A program made the translations under genes and the position numbers. Shown piece after piece: positions 9,340 to 18,940 of a stretch of 64,000 bases of DNA. Under the pieces are notes generated by a model that worked only from the letters and a program-made list of their open reading frames with translations, did not search any database and was not told the origin of the DNA. The stretch is from positions 1,728,001 through 1,792,000 of the forward strand of contig OZ240215.1 of assembly GCA_965197585.1 (NCBI GenBank), in the 5' to 3' direction. The DNA comes from Dehalococcoidia bacterium (GTDB lineage: Bacteria > Chloroflexota > Dehalococcoidia > Plut-88900). The stretch's first letter is position 1. Every line of letters begins with the position of its first letter.

Positions 9340-9744
9340 ATGAACGTAGAATACGCCTTCCTCTGCGACTATGCAGAATCATCCAACAAGCTCACTGCCG
9401 TAGGCATCGGCATCGACACCATCTACGCCAAAACCGTCCCCGTTGTCCACCAGCAGCTCTTCGCCGTCCTCGGCCTCAAGTTCACAATCAACGAGACCCG
9501 ACGCACTAAAGTCTTCGAGATGCGCGTACAGGACGCCGACGCCAGTGACGTCATCCCTCCCGTCACCGCCAACCGGGATATCCCCTCCCCTTCCAAAGGA
9601 CTGACGTACCGCACTTACCGCACCGTCAACGGTCTATACGGACTTCGCTTCCAAAAGTTCGGCGACTACCAGATCAGCTGGATCATAGACGGCATCGAGG
9701 TCTGCACCCGCCACTTCCGCGTCGCCGAGATGCCCCAACCCTAA
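9340..9744 (+). CDS. Hypothetical protein (DUF6941-like beta-rich protein)
   Basis: MNVEYAFLCDYA...KLTAVGIG start and a 'FQKFGDY' C-terminal pattern. Confidence 0.7.
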   Translation: MNVEYAFLCDYAESSNKLTAVGIGIDTIYAKTVPVVHQQLFAVLGLKFTINETRRTKVFEMRVQDADASDVIPPVTANRDIPSPSKGLTYRTYRTVNGLYGLRFQKFGDYQISWIIDGIEVCTRHFRVAEMPQP

Positions 9745-9806
9745 CCCGCCCCCTCCCTTCCGCCATAACATGTGTGGGTCGTATCCCGGCCCACCCCGTT
9801 TGCGAC

Positions 9807-9907
9807 CTGTCATCCCGAGGCCCCGCGAGGGATCTAGGACTTGCCCCACCACGCTGTCTTCCCAGCCCCTTCTCCCTCCCCCGTAGGGGCTATTCGTGAA
9901 TCGCCCT
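9807..9907 (+). repeat. GTCATCCC-type REP plus GTAG-type REP
   Basis: CTGTCATCCCGAGGCCCCGCGAGGGATCT (compensated stem) and GTAGGGGCTATTCGTGAATCGCCCT. Confidence 0.7.
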
Positions 9908-9919
9908 CCCGCCCACCAG

Positions 9920-10714
9920 TCACGCGGACGGCGAAGGCCTAAGCGCCCTGATCCTATCCACCATCCGAGGAAGAATTTCCCCCGAAGGCCCCCGTAATAC
10001 GACATCACACCGCGCTGATATCACCGTCTCGTAAGGATTGATCTCTATCAGCACTCCCCCAGCAGCCTTGATCATGCTGGGGAACCCGGCAGCCGGATAG
10101 ACCTCCGCAGTAGTACCCACCAATATCATGCAGTCCGACTTCCTCGACTCCTGTTCACATTCGACCATCACGTCAAACGGTATCGGCTCCCCGAACATGA
10201 CAGTGTCGGATTTGATGATTCCTCCACAGTCGACGCACAGGGGCGGGTAGTCGGTAATTTCATAGTCGGCCGCCGACCACCGGGAGTTGCACCCGACACA
10301 CCGCAGCTTGGTCGAATTCCCGTGGATTTCAGCTACGTTCTTGCTCCCTGCAACTTGGTGCAGATTGTCGACGTTCTGGGTGATGATGCACCGCAGATAC
10401 CCCATCTCCTCCATTTCGGCCATGGCCAGGTGTCCCGCATTGGGACGTGCCTGCTTGAATGTGCTGCGAAACTCCGCCATAGGCCCCTCATCGCTGTTCC
10501 GCTCCAGCCAATATCCCTCTGGGTCCCGCAACATCTTTCGGTAGCCGTCCATTTCCGGCTCGCCATACTTCGTCCAGATGCCCCCCGGCCCCCTGAACGG
10601 CGGGATTCCGCTCTCCACCGACATCCCCGCCCCGACCAACGCCGTCGCATACTCGCAACCGACGATCAACTCTGCAGCCCTGTCAATCTCCCTCTGTAAA
10701 TCGACTTCGTTCAC
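9920..10714 (-). CDS. cobB: NAD-dependent protein deacylase, Sir2 family
   Basis: GAGMSVESGIPPFRG, TQNVDNLH, EIHG and two CxxC zinc motifs. Confidence 0.93.
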   Translation of the reverse strand: MNEVDLQREIDRAAELIVGCEYATALVGAGMSVESGIPPFRGPGGIWTKYGEPEMDGYRKMLRDPEGYWLERNSDEGPMAEFRSTFKQARPNAGHLAMAEMEEMGYLRCIITQNVDNLHQVAGSKNVAEIHGNSTKLRCVGCNSRWSAADYEITDYPPLCVDCGGIIKSDTVMFGEPIPFDVMVECEQESRKSDCMILVGTTAEVYPAAGFPSMIKAAGGVLIEINPYETVISARCDVVLRGPSGEILPRMVDRIRALRPSPSA

Positions 10715-10762
10715 GGTTGCCCCTCCTTCTTCTGATCAGCGCGCGCGTTGCATCTACTGGCT

Positions 10763-11932
10763 CTATGACAGAGTGCCTTCCTGCACCCTTAACAGTCTGG
10801 CTTGCGACTTAACGCTTTCGTCTATTCTGTCGAGGTCGGTAGTAGTCAGAATGGTTTGCTGACTTGCCAGCGCGGTCTTTAGCACCCGCCGACGCCTAGT
10901 CTCGTCCAATTCCGACAGGATATCATCCAGCAAAAGGATGGGGTCTTCACCGGTCTTGTCAACAAGCAGATTGACCTCAGCAAGCTTCAAAGTGGCAACG
11001 ACAGTCCGCTGCTGCCCCCGAGACCCGTACAACCCCGTGTCCCGCCCCTTGATTTCAAACTGCACGTCGTCTCGGTGAGGGCCCACCATGGTCGCCCCTT
11101 GGCCTATCTCCCTATCAACATTTGCCGAAAGTCTGGCCTGCATCACGGCCCTGACCTCCTCGGCATCTTCAAGTCGATTGTCTGAAAGCTCCTTGGGATT
11201 CGGGAGATAGTTGAGCGAAAAAGTCTCACCGCCGTCGGTCAACTCGTCATAGATAACCGACCCCAAAGCGGCCATCTCATCAATGATGCGGCTGCGAGAC
11301 AGGTGTATGAAGGCAGCCTCTTCCGTCAAAGGCTGGTCCCATTCCCTTAGGTGGCTGATTTGACTTCTCCCTTCCCTTATCGACCGGAGAAGATGGTTCC
11401 TTTGCGTAAGTATGCGTGCATAGCGCTGAAGCGCCTTAAGGTATTGCCTGTCCATCTGGGAAATCGTAACGTCCAGGTAGCGCCGCCGCACCGACGGCGG
11501 GCCGGTCACAAGGTCCACATCCTGGGGGTCGAAAAGTACAGCGTTTAGAGTCCCAACCACATCCGACGCCCGACGCGGCACCCCGTTCACCCGGGTCTGC
11601 TTGCGAAGATTAAAATTGGACTCCCCATCCACGCCCGCCTCCCCCCTCTCAGCCACCAGCCCGATCTCCAATTTAGTCGGTTCGCCTCCACTGCTCAGTT
11701 GCCCTGTGACTCGCGCCGACGGCAGCGGATCATCCAGCGCCTCCCAGTTGATCAGCTCCCGCTCATTTGAAGCCCTCGAAGACTTGGTGGTGGCCAGCAT
11801 ATACACCGCTTCGAGAATGTTCGACTTTCCTTGGGCGTTATCGCCCCACAGGATGAATGTCCCCGGACCAAGGGGCAGATTCAGGGAAACGTAGTTTCTA
11901 AAGCCCGTGAGGGCCAAGCTTTCCAGGTACAA
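10763..11932 (-). CDS. recF: DNA replication/repair protein RecF
   Basis: FRNY, Walker A GDNAQGKSN, GPHRDD, SRGQQRT and LLLDDILSELD motifs. Confidence 0.97.
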   Translation of the reverse strand: MYLESLALTGFRNYVSLNLPLGPGTFILWGDNAQGKSNILEAVYMLATTKSSRASNERELINWEALDDPLPSARVTGQLSSGGEPTKLEIGLVAERGEAGVDGESNFNLRKQTRVNGVPRRASDVVGTLNAVLFDPQDVDLVTGPPSVRRRYLDVTISQMDRQYLKALQRYARILTQRNHLLRSIREGRSQISHLREWDQPLTEEAAFIHLSRSRIIDEMAALGSVIYDELTDGGETFSLNYLPNPKELSDNRLEDAEEVRAVMQARLSANVDREIGQGATMVGPHRDDVQFEIKGRDTGLYGSRGQQRTVVATLKLAEVNLLVDKTGEDPILLLDDILSELDETRRRRVLKTALASQQTILTTTDLDRIDESVKSQARLLRVQEGTLS

Positions 11933-11938
11933 AGGCTT

Positions 11939-12889
11939 TCAACCGGCGCGGGTATACGGATCGCTACACTGTATTGTCTGGGAGGCAAGCCCGCAAGATA
12001 TAGGGCAGCTATCCGACAGGTGGAAGACTCCTTTCTTGAGAGGGGGCTTTAGTCCGAGGGCGAGGTGTGGGCGGTGGTAGTGATACCGATCCAGGAACTG
12101 CTCTACTAATCTCCGGCACTGGGGAAGGTCCTGGGCGCTGTAGCGGGTCCAGCCCAGACATTCTTTCCGCACTGTCCGGTTGAAGCTCTCGATGTAGGCC
12201 TGCTCGTTCTTCTTGTAGGGCCGAGCCACCCGGTGTCGTTGGCAGTAGGCCAACACCCGCTCTGCAAAGGCCTCTTTGAACTCACTGCCCCCGTCCGTTT
12301 GGATCAACTCCACCCTGCCATCGAAGCGCCGTGTCATCGCTTGTTCCAGGAAGGCACAGCCGTAAGCGGCGGTCAGGGAGGGGGCTAACAGGATGTCTGC
12401 CTCCCTGGTGTATATGTCGATGCCGGTGAAGGCAAACAGGCCTCCAAACATCACCGTGTCCATCTGTACCACCTGGCGAGGGCTGCTGGCCGTGGGCACC
12501 GGCCCTCTACGCCGATTCTTCTTCCACTTGGAACGGATAATGTACTTCTCCTTCAGGATCTCATATATCTTAGGCACTGACAGGCGTACCTCGTGTTCCC
12601 ACTCCAGGAAGTAGGCGATCTTCTGTCCACAGCACCCCGCCTCCCGCTCCCTAATGGCCCAAATCCATCGCTTCACCATCGGGTCGACCCGCCTCCCTAA
12701 CCTGGGCCCCTTCTTGGCTTGCTCGTATCGACCAAGGAAGGGCAGCAGCCCCTGTTCTTGGATGCCCCGAACCCACAGATGGATCGTCTCCCGGTGTTTA
12801 CCCAGCTGCCGCGCTATCTGCGCTTTTGTCATCCCTTGCTCGTACAACTCCCAGGCCAACGTTATCAGTGTGAGATTTGACATGTCCAT
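11939..12889 (-). CDS. IS481-family (rve/DDE) transposase
   Basis: N-terminal HTH; QMD...IQTDGGSEF...YIESFNRTVRKE DDE triad; YHYHRPH. Confidence 0.9.
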   Translation of the reverse strand: MDMSNLTLITLAWELYEQGMTKAQIARQLGKHRETIHLWVRGIQEQGLLPFLGRYEQAKKGPRLGRRVDPMVKRWIWAIREREAGCCGQKIAYFLEWEHEVRLSVPKIYEILKEKYIIRSKWKKNRRRGPVPTASSPRQVVQMDTVMFGGLFAFTGIDIYTREADILLAPSLTAAYGCAFLEQAMTRRFDGRVELIQTDGGSEFKEAFAERVLAYCQRHRVARPYKKNEQAYIESFNRTVRKECLGWTRYSAQDLPQCRRLVEQFLDRYHYHRPHLALGLKPPLKKGVFHLSDSCPISCGLASQTIQCSDPYTRAG

Positions 12890-12924
12890 GAGCTTACATG
12901 GACTGTCGGATTTCTACGGAAACA
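11999..12924 (-). mobile_element. IS481-family insertion sequence with imperfect ends
   Basis: Left end TGTTTCCGTAGAAATCCGACAG (minus strand from 12924). The other end shares only ATCCGACAG (12011-12019), so that boundary is approximate. No clear TSD. Confidence 0.7.
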
Positions 12925-12934
12925 TCGCGGGGGA

Positions 12935-12963
12935 TTGACCGGCGTAACCTTCGCATGTAATAT
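12935..12963 (+). promoter_or_regulatory. Promoter TTGACC-N17-TAATAT upstream of the FAH-family gene
   Basis: Near-consensus hexamers with 17-nt spacing. Confidence 0.55.
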
Positions 12964-13043
12964 TCGTCTGCCCTTGCAGGCGCCCGAGCATTCCCAACAC
13001 CAGTCTCCGGGCGTCAATCAACAAACCCTCTGGAGTTGTAGCA

Positions 13044-13799
13044 ATGAAATTTGCGAGATATGAAGTGGGAGGCCGTACCACCTACGGCGTAGTTGGGAAT
13101 GGAACTGTCACCGACATTGATGGAGACATCTATGGCGATGTGAAAAAGACTTCTGTTCAGCACAATCTCCAGGATGTGAAGCTCCTTGTACCGTGCGAGC
13201 CCACCAAGGTCTTGGCCGTCGGCAATAACTATGCCAGCCACCTCGGCGGGGACAAGAGGCCAGAGGTCCCCGGCATCTTCTTTAAGACTCTCACCTCCCT
13301 CCTGGACCCCGAGGGCACAATTATCCTCCCCCGTGACGCGGGTCTCGTGGAGCACGAAGGCGAGTTGGTGATTGTGATAAACCGCAGGGCTAAGTCCGTC
13401 TCCAAGGAAAATGCGCTGGACTACATTCTCGGATATACCGCAGGTAACGACGTAAGCTGCAGGCCCTGGCAGCGCGACGACCTCCAGTGGTGGCGGGCCA
13501 AGGGCTCCGACACCTTCGGCCCTCTGGGGCCGTTCATCAACACTGAAGTAGACCCCTTCAACACCAACTTTGCCGTCCGCATTAACGGTGAGACAGCCCA
13601 GGAAGGCAACACCTCCGACCTCATATTCGACATCCCGACAATTGTTAGTTTCATCACTGTCTCGATGACCCTTGAGCCCGGCGACGTGATCTACACCGGC
13701 ACCCCCGGTATCGCTGGCTCTACGAAAGATGGGGATACGGTGGAAGTAGAGGTGGAGGGTGTCGGGGTGCTCCGCAACTTCGTGGCCGACGAGGGCTAA
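13044..13799 (+). CDS. Fumarylacetoacetate hydrolase family protein
   Basis: GNNYASH, EHEGEL, NDVS, KGSDTFGPLGP and GDVIYTGTP motifs. Confidence 0.93.
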   Translation: MKFARYEVGGRTTYGVVGNGTVTDIDGDIYGDVKKTSVQHNLQDVKLLVPCEPTKVLAVGNNYASHLGGDKRPEVPGIFFKTLTSLLDPEGTIILPRDAGLVEHEGELVIVINRRAKSVSKENALDYILGYTAGNDVSCRPWQRDDLQWWRAKGSDTFGPLGPFINTEVDPFNTNFAVRINGETAQEGNTSDLIFDIPTIVSFITVSMTLEPGDVIYTGTPGIAGSTKDGDTVEVEVEGVGVLRNFVADEG

Positions 13800-13828
13800 A
13801 AGAGAGCCCCGGGGCAAGAGGCTCGGCC

Positions 13829-14986
13829 ATGATCATCGACTGCTATCCTAGCTCCTTCGCCCAATGGGATTCCGCTGCAGGTTACAAGTCCCGCGCCGAG
13901 AAGATGGAGGTCATCCATCGGGAGTTGGCTACCCATCACCAGCCCGCATGGCGCGCCCGAGACCGCGCTGGCGTCGACAACAGCTCGCTCATCAACCCCG
14001 ACACCGGCGAACTCACCAACGCCGAGTGGACCCGCCATATGGGTCAGCTTGCTTGGGCATACGAGGGCGAGACCTACGTTAAGCAGTACTTCCCGCCGAT
14101 GCTCCACAACATGGAGTGCCCTCCCGAGCTCATGATCGCCGAGATGGACTACGCAGGCATCGACGCCGGTATCCTCCATACCCACCCACACAAGGGCAGG
14201 TACACCTTCCAGAACGAGTTTCAGCGTAACGTCGTCAACCGCTACCCTGACCGACTGATGCGCCTGGTGATGGTAGAGGCCCACTCCATTCCCTCTGACC
14301 CCGAGAAGGCAGCTGAGGAAGTAGCGTGGGAGGTTTCAAACTCTAAGAGTCGCTCCGGGTTGCAGTTCATGCCTCGCTACTACTACAGCCCGCCCCTGAC
14401 AGGCCAGCAGGGCCATCGAGACCCGTGGGACGATGGAGCCATGCGGCCCTTCTGGGACGGGGTGGCCAGGCTGGGAGTCCCCGTTTTCTTCACCATGATC
14501 GGCAAGGGCCTCTCAGGCCCGAGCCCCTACGGCCAGGCCCTACTCGAAGAGTATATGGACGAACTTCGAGTGCTAACCCGATGGATGGAGCGCTACCCGG
14601 AGGTCAAGGTCGTCATAACCCACGGCCTCCCGTGGCGAGCTTTCCAGGACGGCGACCGCATCGTCTTCCCAGACGAGATTTGGTCGGTCTTCGAAAACCC
14701 TCTGTGCAACATGGAGCTTATGTTAACTATCCAGATGGGAGCCATCTGGGAGTACCCGTGGAAAGAAGCCGAGCCAACCATAGAGGAATGCGTCAAGAGA
14801 ATCGGCGCTCACAGGCTCATGTGGGGCTCAGACTGGCCTATGGTCGGCCGTTACTGCACCTACAAACAGTCCCTGAACCAGTACCGCAAACACTGCGACT
14901 TCCTCTCAGACTCTGAGAGAGCCGACATCCTAGGCGGCACCGCCGCCCGCGTCATGGGCATCGAATACCCTTACCCCGGGCGGTGA
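13829..14986 (+). CDS. Amidohydrolase family protein (Amidohydro_2)
   Basis: MIID start, VITHG and RLMWGSDWP motifs. Confidence 0.85.
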   Translation: MIIDCYPSSFAQWDSAAGYKSRAEKMEVIHRELATHHQPAWRARDRAGVDNSSLINPDTGELTNAEWTRHMGQLAWAYEGETYVKQYFPPMLHNMECPPELMIAEMDYAGIDAGILHTHPHKGRYTFQNEFQRNVVNRYPDRLMRLVMVEAHSIPSDPEKAAEEVAWEVSNSKSRSGLQFMPRYYYSPPLTGQQGHRDPWDDGAMRPFWDGVARLGVPVFFTMIGKGLSGPSPYGQALLEEYMDELRVLTRWMERYPEVKVVITHGLPWRAFQDGDRIVFPDEIWSVFENPLCNMELMLTIQMGAIWEYPWKEAEPTIEECVKRIGAHRLMWGSDWPMVGRYCTYKQSLNQYRKHCDFLSDSERADILGGTAARVMGIEYPYPGR

Positions 14987-14998
14987 GGGGTGCTCCAG

Positions 14999-15306
14999 TC
15001 CCCTCTCCCTCAATGGGTCGAAGATGCGCCGAGGCGTAAGAGAGCTAGGGTGAGGGTGATTCCTGTTCCGGGTGGAGTGGTCCAGTCCCCTTTCCCTCAA
15101 TAAGACCTTTGCGTGGCCGATGTTGGCGGGGTCGGGGCCGCTCGTGCTGAGGCTCTCGAAGTATGAGCGGGGAGGTGGAGCTCACATCATCTGGACAGTA
15201 CAACAGACGCAATCTGTAGTTGCACACAGGCCTCTCGATGGGCCGTAGATGCGCCTCTGGCGTGATAGGGCTAGGGTCGAAGACTCGCCGAGGAGAGTGA
15301 GGGTGA
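14999..15306 (+). repeat. Mosaic of REP-like units between convergent genes
   Basis: TCCCCTCTCCCT...GCTAGGGTGAGGGTGA units and GGGCCGCTCGTGCTGAGGCTCTCGAAGTATGAGCGGGG; a near-identical arrangement occurs at 32610-32780. Confidence 0.7.
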
Positions 15307-15354
15307 ATTGAGTCTATAAGAAATAGACATCTAAAGTGTCGACTCGCTGAAAGC

Positions 15355-16158
15355 TCAGGGGAGCGACAGTACCTCACCCATCCACTCCGCCAAATCCCCT
15401 TCTTCCAAAACCCTAATCCCCAACCCCCGAGCCCTCTCCACCTGCTTCTCCGTCGTGTACCCATACGCGGCGAGATAGCAATTCACCCCCAGCCCCTGCG
15501 CCGACTCCAAATGCGCCACCTGGTCGTCCACAAAGTGGATATCGGCATACGAAACGTTGGCTGCCTCAGTAACCAGCCACATATGCACGTTCTTGTCCGG
15601 TGACGCCCCGACCATGTCCTTCCCAAGAACATGCCCGTCCGGCAGAGTGAAGCCGTTGTGCTCCAGGATTCCCTTGGAAACGGTACTGGGCTTGGAGGTC
15701 GTAACGAAGACATTCCCCAAATCGCCCTGACGCTCACTAAGAGCTTGGATCATGCCCGGATACAGGGGGTTGCGGTCCATCCACCCGGCCTCATCCCGCC
15801 CCCGAAAGCCCGCCCGATACCGCTGAAACGCAGCTTCCAGTTCTGGCCCCGACTCCACGCCAAAGAGACCAAGCAGGTCCGAAAACCGAGCCTCCAACGC
15901 ATCATCGAAGTCCTTCTGGTCGGACATGGGCACCCCTAGATCGAGCAAGTACAGGATCATTAGGTAATCTCGACCGTCCCTGATTAAGGGCCTCATCCGG
16001 TAGAATCCGTCCTTGAAGTAGTCGGTAACAGGAGATGCTAGCGGATCGAATTCTTCACCCTTGGCTTCAAGGAAAGCGCCATAGGCGGACACAACGCACT
16101 CGGCGGCGCTGTCACATATCACACCGTCAAAATCTAAAGCAATGACGTTGGAGTTCAT
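15355..16158 (-). CDS. HAD-superfamily hydrolase
   Basis: Motif I DFDGVICDS, TSK, and FVDD. Confidence 0.85.
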   Translation of the reverse strand: MNSNVIALDFDGVICDSAAECVVSAYGAFLEAKGEEFDPLASPVTDYFKDGFYRMRPLIRDGRDYLMILYLLDLGVPMSDQKDFDDALEARFSDLLGLFGVESGPELEAAFQRYRAGFRGRDEAGWMDRNPLYPGMIQALSERQGDLGNVFVTTSKPSTVSKGILEHNGFTLPDGHVLGKDMVGASPDKNVHMWLVTEAANVSYADIHFVDDQVAHLESAQGLGVNCYLAAYGYTTEKQVERARGLGIRVLEEGDLAEWMGEVLSLP

Positions 16159-16286
16159 TATTTACACCTGCATGGGAAAGCCTTCTTGCCCTTGAAATGA
16201 ATTGGGGCTAGAAGGCTTCGGTTGACTGAGATGGCATCGACTATTATCATTGAGTCTACACTACTCACCTTGAGGGGGACAAAAAC

Positions 16287-16529
16287 ATGCCCTTAGGCGG
16301 CTTCATTGGGGGCCCGGGTATAGGCCTACCCGAGATACTGGTAGTCCTGGTAATAATCGTCATCATCTTCGGCGTGGGTAAACTCCCCGAGATCGGCGGA
16401 GCGTTGGGCAAAGGCATTCGGGAGTTCAAGAAGTCCTCCACCGAGGTAGACAAGGTGATCCAGGACGTCAAGGAACCCCTTAAGGCCGAGGTTCCTAAGG
16501 CTGAGCGGAAGCCCCACATCCCCGAGTAG
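16287..16529 (+). CDS. tatA: Twin-arginine translocase TatA
   Basis: GLPEILVVLVIIVIIFGVGKLPEIGGALGKGIREFKK. Confidence 0.95.
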   Translation: MPLGGFIGGPGIGLPEILVVLVIIVIIFGVGKLPEIGGALGKGIREFKKSSTEVDKVIQDVKEPLKAEVPKAERKPHIPE

Positions 16530-16562
16530 TCTCCCTCCCGTACTCGTCCGTACCAGGCATCC

Positions 16563-17654
16563 TCAGATTGCCTGAGCGCGCGCCCGGATCGCCTCCACGT
16601 CCACCCCCACCTCCGAGGCTATCTCCAGCACCTGCTCCCAGTGCTCCTCCCGCACCGGCACCCCCTCCCGAGACCTGCGCTCATATTCCTCTTGGGCGCG
16701 CTCGCCGGGCAATACGATCTTCTCGAACCCCGATGCCAGGTTGGAGCCTTTCACATTCCTGATCATCTCGTCGACTTTTGCCTTGAAGTCATCAAGCGGT
16801 TGCAGGTTTCCAACGTTCAAGGCCATTAAGAAGAAGCCGCCGGTCCAAGGTTCATCGGGAGTGGGAAGGGATGGAATGGGCTTGGCTGTCGTCCCTCCGG
16901 ACGCAATGCCTGCTAGCACGTCAACGAAGATAAGCCACCCCATCCCTTTTGGCCCGAGCGGCAAAATTGCACCCAGTTGCTCCGAGCCCCGCTTTGATGG
17001 ATCGACAATTAGAGGCACGGGATCGCCCGTGCGTACTCCGTCAGGCCCGACAAGCGGATCGTCCGGTATCGACTCCTTGTCCCTCGCAGAAAGCACCACG
17101 TGACCGTGCGAAACCGAGCTCATCGCCCCGTCGAAGATGATGGGCCTCTCTGTACCTGCCGGTATTACAAAGGCTAAAGGGTTGGTATTGAACACTGGGT
17201 CCCGACCTCCCCACCCCGCCACCAAAGGCACCCCGTTGCTCATCGCCAACCCTATGAAATCGTGATCCAGTGCCCTCATCGCATACGCCGAAGCCATCGT
17301 GAAGTCGTTGGTGTTGCGCACCCACACGATTCCGACTGTAGACTCCCGAGCCTTTTGAATAGCCAGGTCCATACCCCTGGTAGCTACTATCTGACCCGGA
17401 CCGCCATTCCCATCTAACAGCGCATAAGATGGCCCCTCGCTGACCGTCTCCGTTGGTGTTCCAAATCGCACGGCCCCACTGCGAATCCAAGGGTAAACAA
17501 GATCGATACACGCAATGCCTTGGGTGTCCTTCCCGTGCAGGTCGCCCTGAACAAAGGGCTCAGCAAAGAGATCGGCTTCCTCCTCAGACGCCCCCAAGGC
17601 ACGCGCCAAGCCCCGATACACCTCACGAAGAAATCCCGCTCTCTCGATTCTCAA
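16563..17654 (-). CDS. Ldh_2 family (malate/L-lactate/sulfolactate-type) oxidoreductase; TTG start inferred from upstream GGAG
   Basis: DGNGGPGQ, NTNPLAF, KGMG and LPGE motifs. Confidence 0.85.
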   Translation of the reverse strand: MRIERAGFLREVYRGLARALGASEEEADLFAEPFVQGDLHGKDTQGIACIDLVYPWIRSGAVRFGTPTETVSEGPSYALLDGNGGPGQIVATRGMDLAIQKARESTVGIVWVRNTNDFTMASAYAMRALDHDFIGLAMSNGVPLVAGWGGRDPVFNTNPLAFVIPAGTERPIIFDGAMSSVSHGHVVLSARDKESIPDDPLVGPDGVRTGDPVPLIVDPSKRGSEQLGAILPLGPKGMGWLIFVDVLAGIASGGTTAKPIPSLPTPDEPWTGGFFLMALNVGNLQPLDDFKAKVDEMIRNVKGSNLASGFEKIVLPGERAQEEYERRSREGVPVREEHWEQVLEIASEVGVDVEAIRARAQAI

Positions 17655-17711
17655 GCTATCTCCGGATTCCTGTCTAACCTCGGCCCAAGAGCACAAGAAA
17701 TGGTAGGCTTA

Positions 17712-17751
17712 TCCCCTCTCCCTCGATGGGAGAGGGCTAGGGTGAGGGTGA
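17712..17751 (+). repeat. TCCCCTCTCCC-type REP
   Basis: TCCCCTCTCCCTCGATGGGAGAGGGCTAGGGTGAGGGTGA; also at 41293, 47325, 55419, 56732 and inside a gene at 36069. Confidence 0.8.
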
Positions 17752-17803
17752 TCCTAGTTTTGCCTGAACAGTTGCGTAAAGGGCACTACATCGCGGCCCC
17801 ACC

Positions 17804-18553
17804 TCACTGCTCCAACTCGAGCATCCGCTTCTCAGCAGCCTTAATTCTGCGCCGATTAGCGAGCTTTGAAAGCCATATCCCTATCTCGTAAAGCACGATG
17901 ATTGGGCTGGCGAGAAGCGTCTGGTTAAAAGGGTCGAACGTGGGTGTAAAGATGGCTGCCGCTATAAACGCACCGACAATCGCCAGCTTCCTCCTCTTGG
18001 CAAAACTGCCTGGCTTCACAACCCCCAGCCTGGACAACAGGGTCATGACCAGAGGCGTCTGGAACGAAAGCCCGACCCACAATGTGAGAGCGAGAATCAA
18101 GTTGATGTAGCGCCCGATTCTGATATTGGCCTCGGCTACATCCCCCCCGAAGTTTAGGAGAAAGTTGAGGGCGGGGGGAATTAGGATGAACCAGGCAAAC
18201 ACTACGCCCGCGGCAAAGGAGAGGATGATGCCGGGCACGGATACGAGCACATAGCGCTTCTCTCTGGGCGTGAGGCCCGGGGCTGCGAACATGATCATCT
18301 GGAAGAGGACTACGGGCATGGCCAGGATGAATCCACCAAGGAGCGCCACCTTGAAGTAGGTGGTTATGAATTCGGTGGGGTCGATATAGACCAGTGGGGT
18401 ATCGCCCGCGGGGCCCTTCAGGAATTCCAAAACGCGGAACGTAAACACGGCGGAAATGCCCGTGCCAACTAAAAGAGCCAGCAGGGACTTGATAAACCGG
18501 CTGCGCAGCTCGTTCAGATGCCCCAGTATGGAGATCTTGTCGGGCGCGCTCAT
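17804..18553 (-). CDS. tatC: Twin-arginine translocase TatC
   Basis: HLNELRSR, APGL...EKR, TPTFDPF and LYEIGI motifs. Confidence 0.96.
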   Translation of the reverse strand: MSAPDKISILGHLNELRSRFIKSLLALLVGTGISAVFTFRVLEFLKGPAGDTPLVYIDPTEFITTYFKVALLGGFILAMPVVLFQMIMFAAPGLTPREKRYVLVSVPGIILSFAAGVVFAWFILIPPALNFLLNFGGDVAEANIRIGRYINLILALTLWVGLSFQTPLVMTLLSRLGVVKPGSFAKRRKLAIVGAFIAAAIFTPTFDPFNQTLLASPIIVLYEIGIWLSKLANRRRIKAAEKRMLELEQ

Positions 18554-18843
18554 AGCTGGTGGGGGCCGGTGCGGTTTGGAGGAGGATCAACCTTGGTAGA
18601 AGGTGTCACGTCCTCTTCCCTATCCTCTGAATGGAAGCCGACCGGCTGGTCGGTCGTAACGGTAGTCTCGGCCTTTGACTCTTCCACAGCAGCCGAGGCA
18701 AGACCTTGCGCAGCGCGCTGAAACTCTTGGACCGCCCCGCGGAGGGACGTGACAAGTGAGATGAGTTTAGAAGGCCCGAAAAGCACCAAGGCTAGCGCCA
18801 GGATGACTAGGATTTCCAGGATTCCGACGTTTAGCGGGTTCAA
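18550..18843 (-). CDS. tatB: Twin-arginine translocase TatB-like
   Basis: N-terminal TM 'EILVILALALVLFGPSKL' plus amphipathic helix; overlaps the tatC start. Confidence 0.8.
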   Translation of the reverse strand: MNPLNVGILEILVILALALVLFGPSKLISLVTSLRGAVQEFQRAAQGLASAAVEESKAETTVTTDQPVGFHSEDREEDVTPSTKVDPPPNRTGPHQL

Positions 18844-18940
18844 AACTGAGTATCGCCTAGTTTATCGGCCCATTTGACTGGTACCCTTGGGAGTATAGCA
18901 TGGTGTTAGATGTTCCCCCTGATCCCGTTCACATAGAGGA

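Noticed and set aside
7614-9907. Possible CRISPR array from the recurring ~30-nt palindromes
   Set aside because: Copies are dispersed, lack regular unique spacers and have no cas genes nearby; the pattern fits REP elements.
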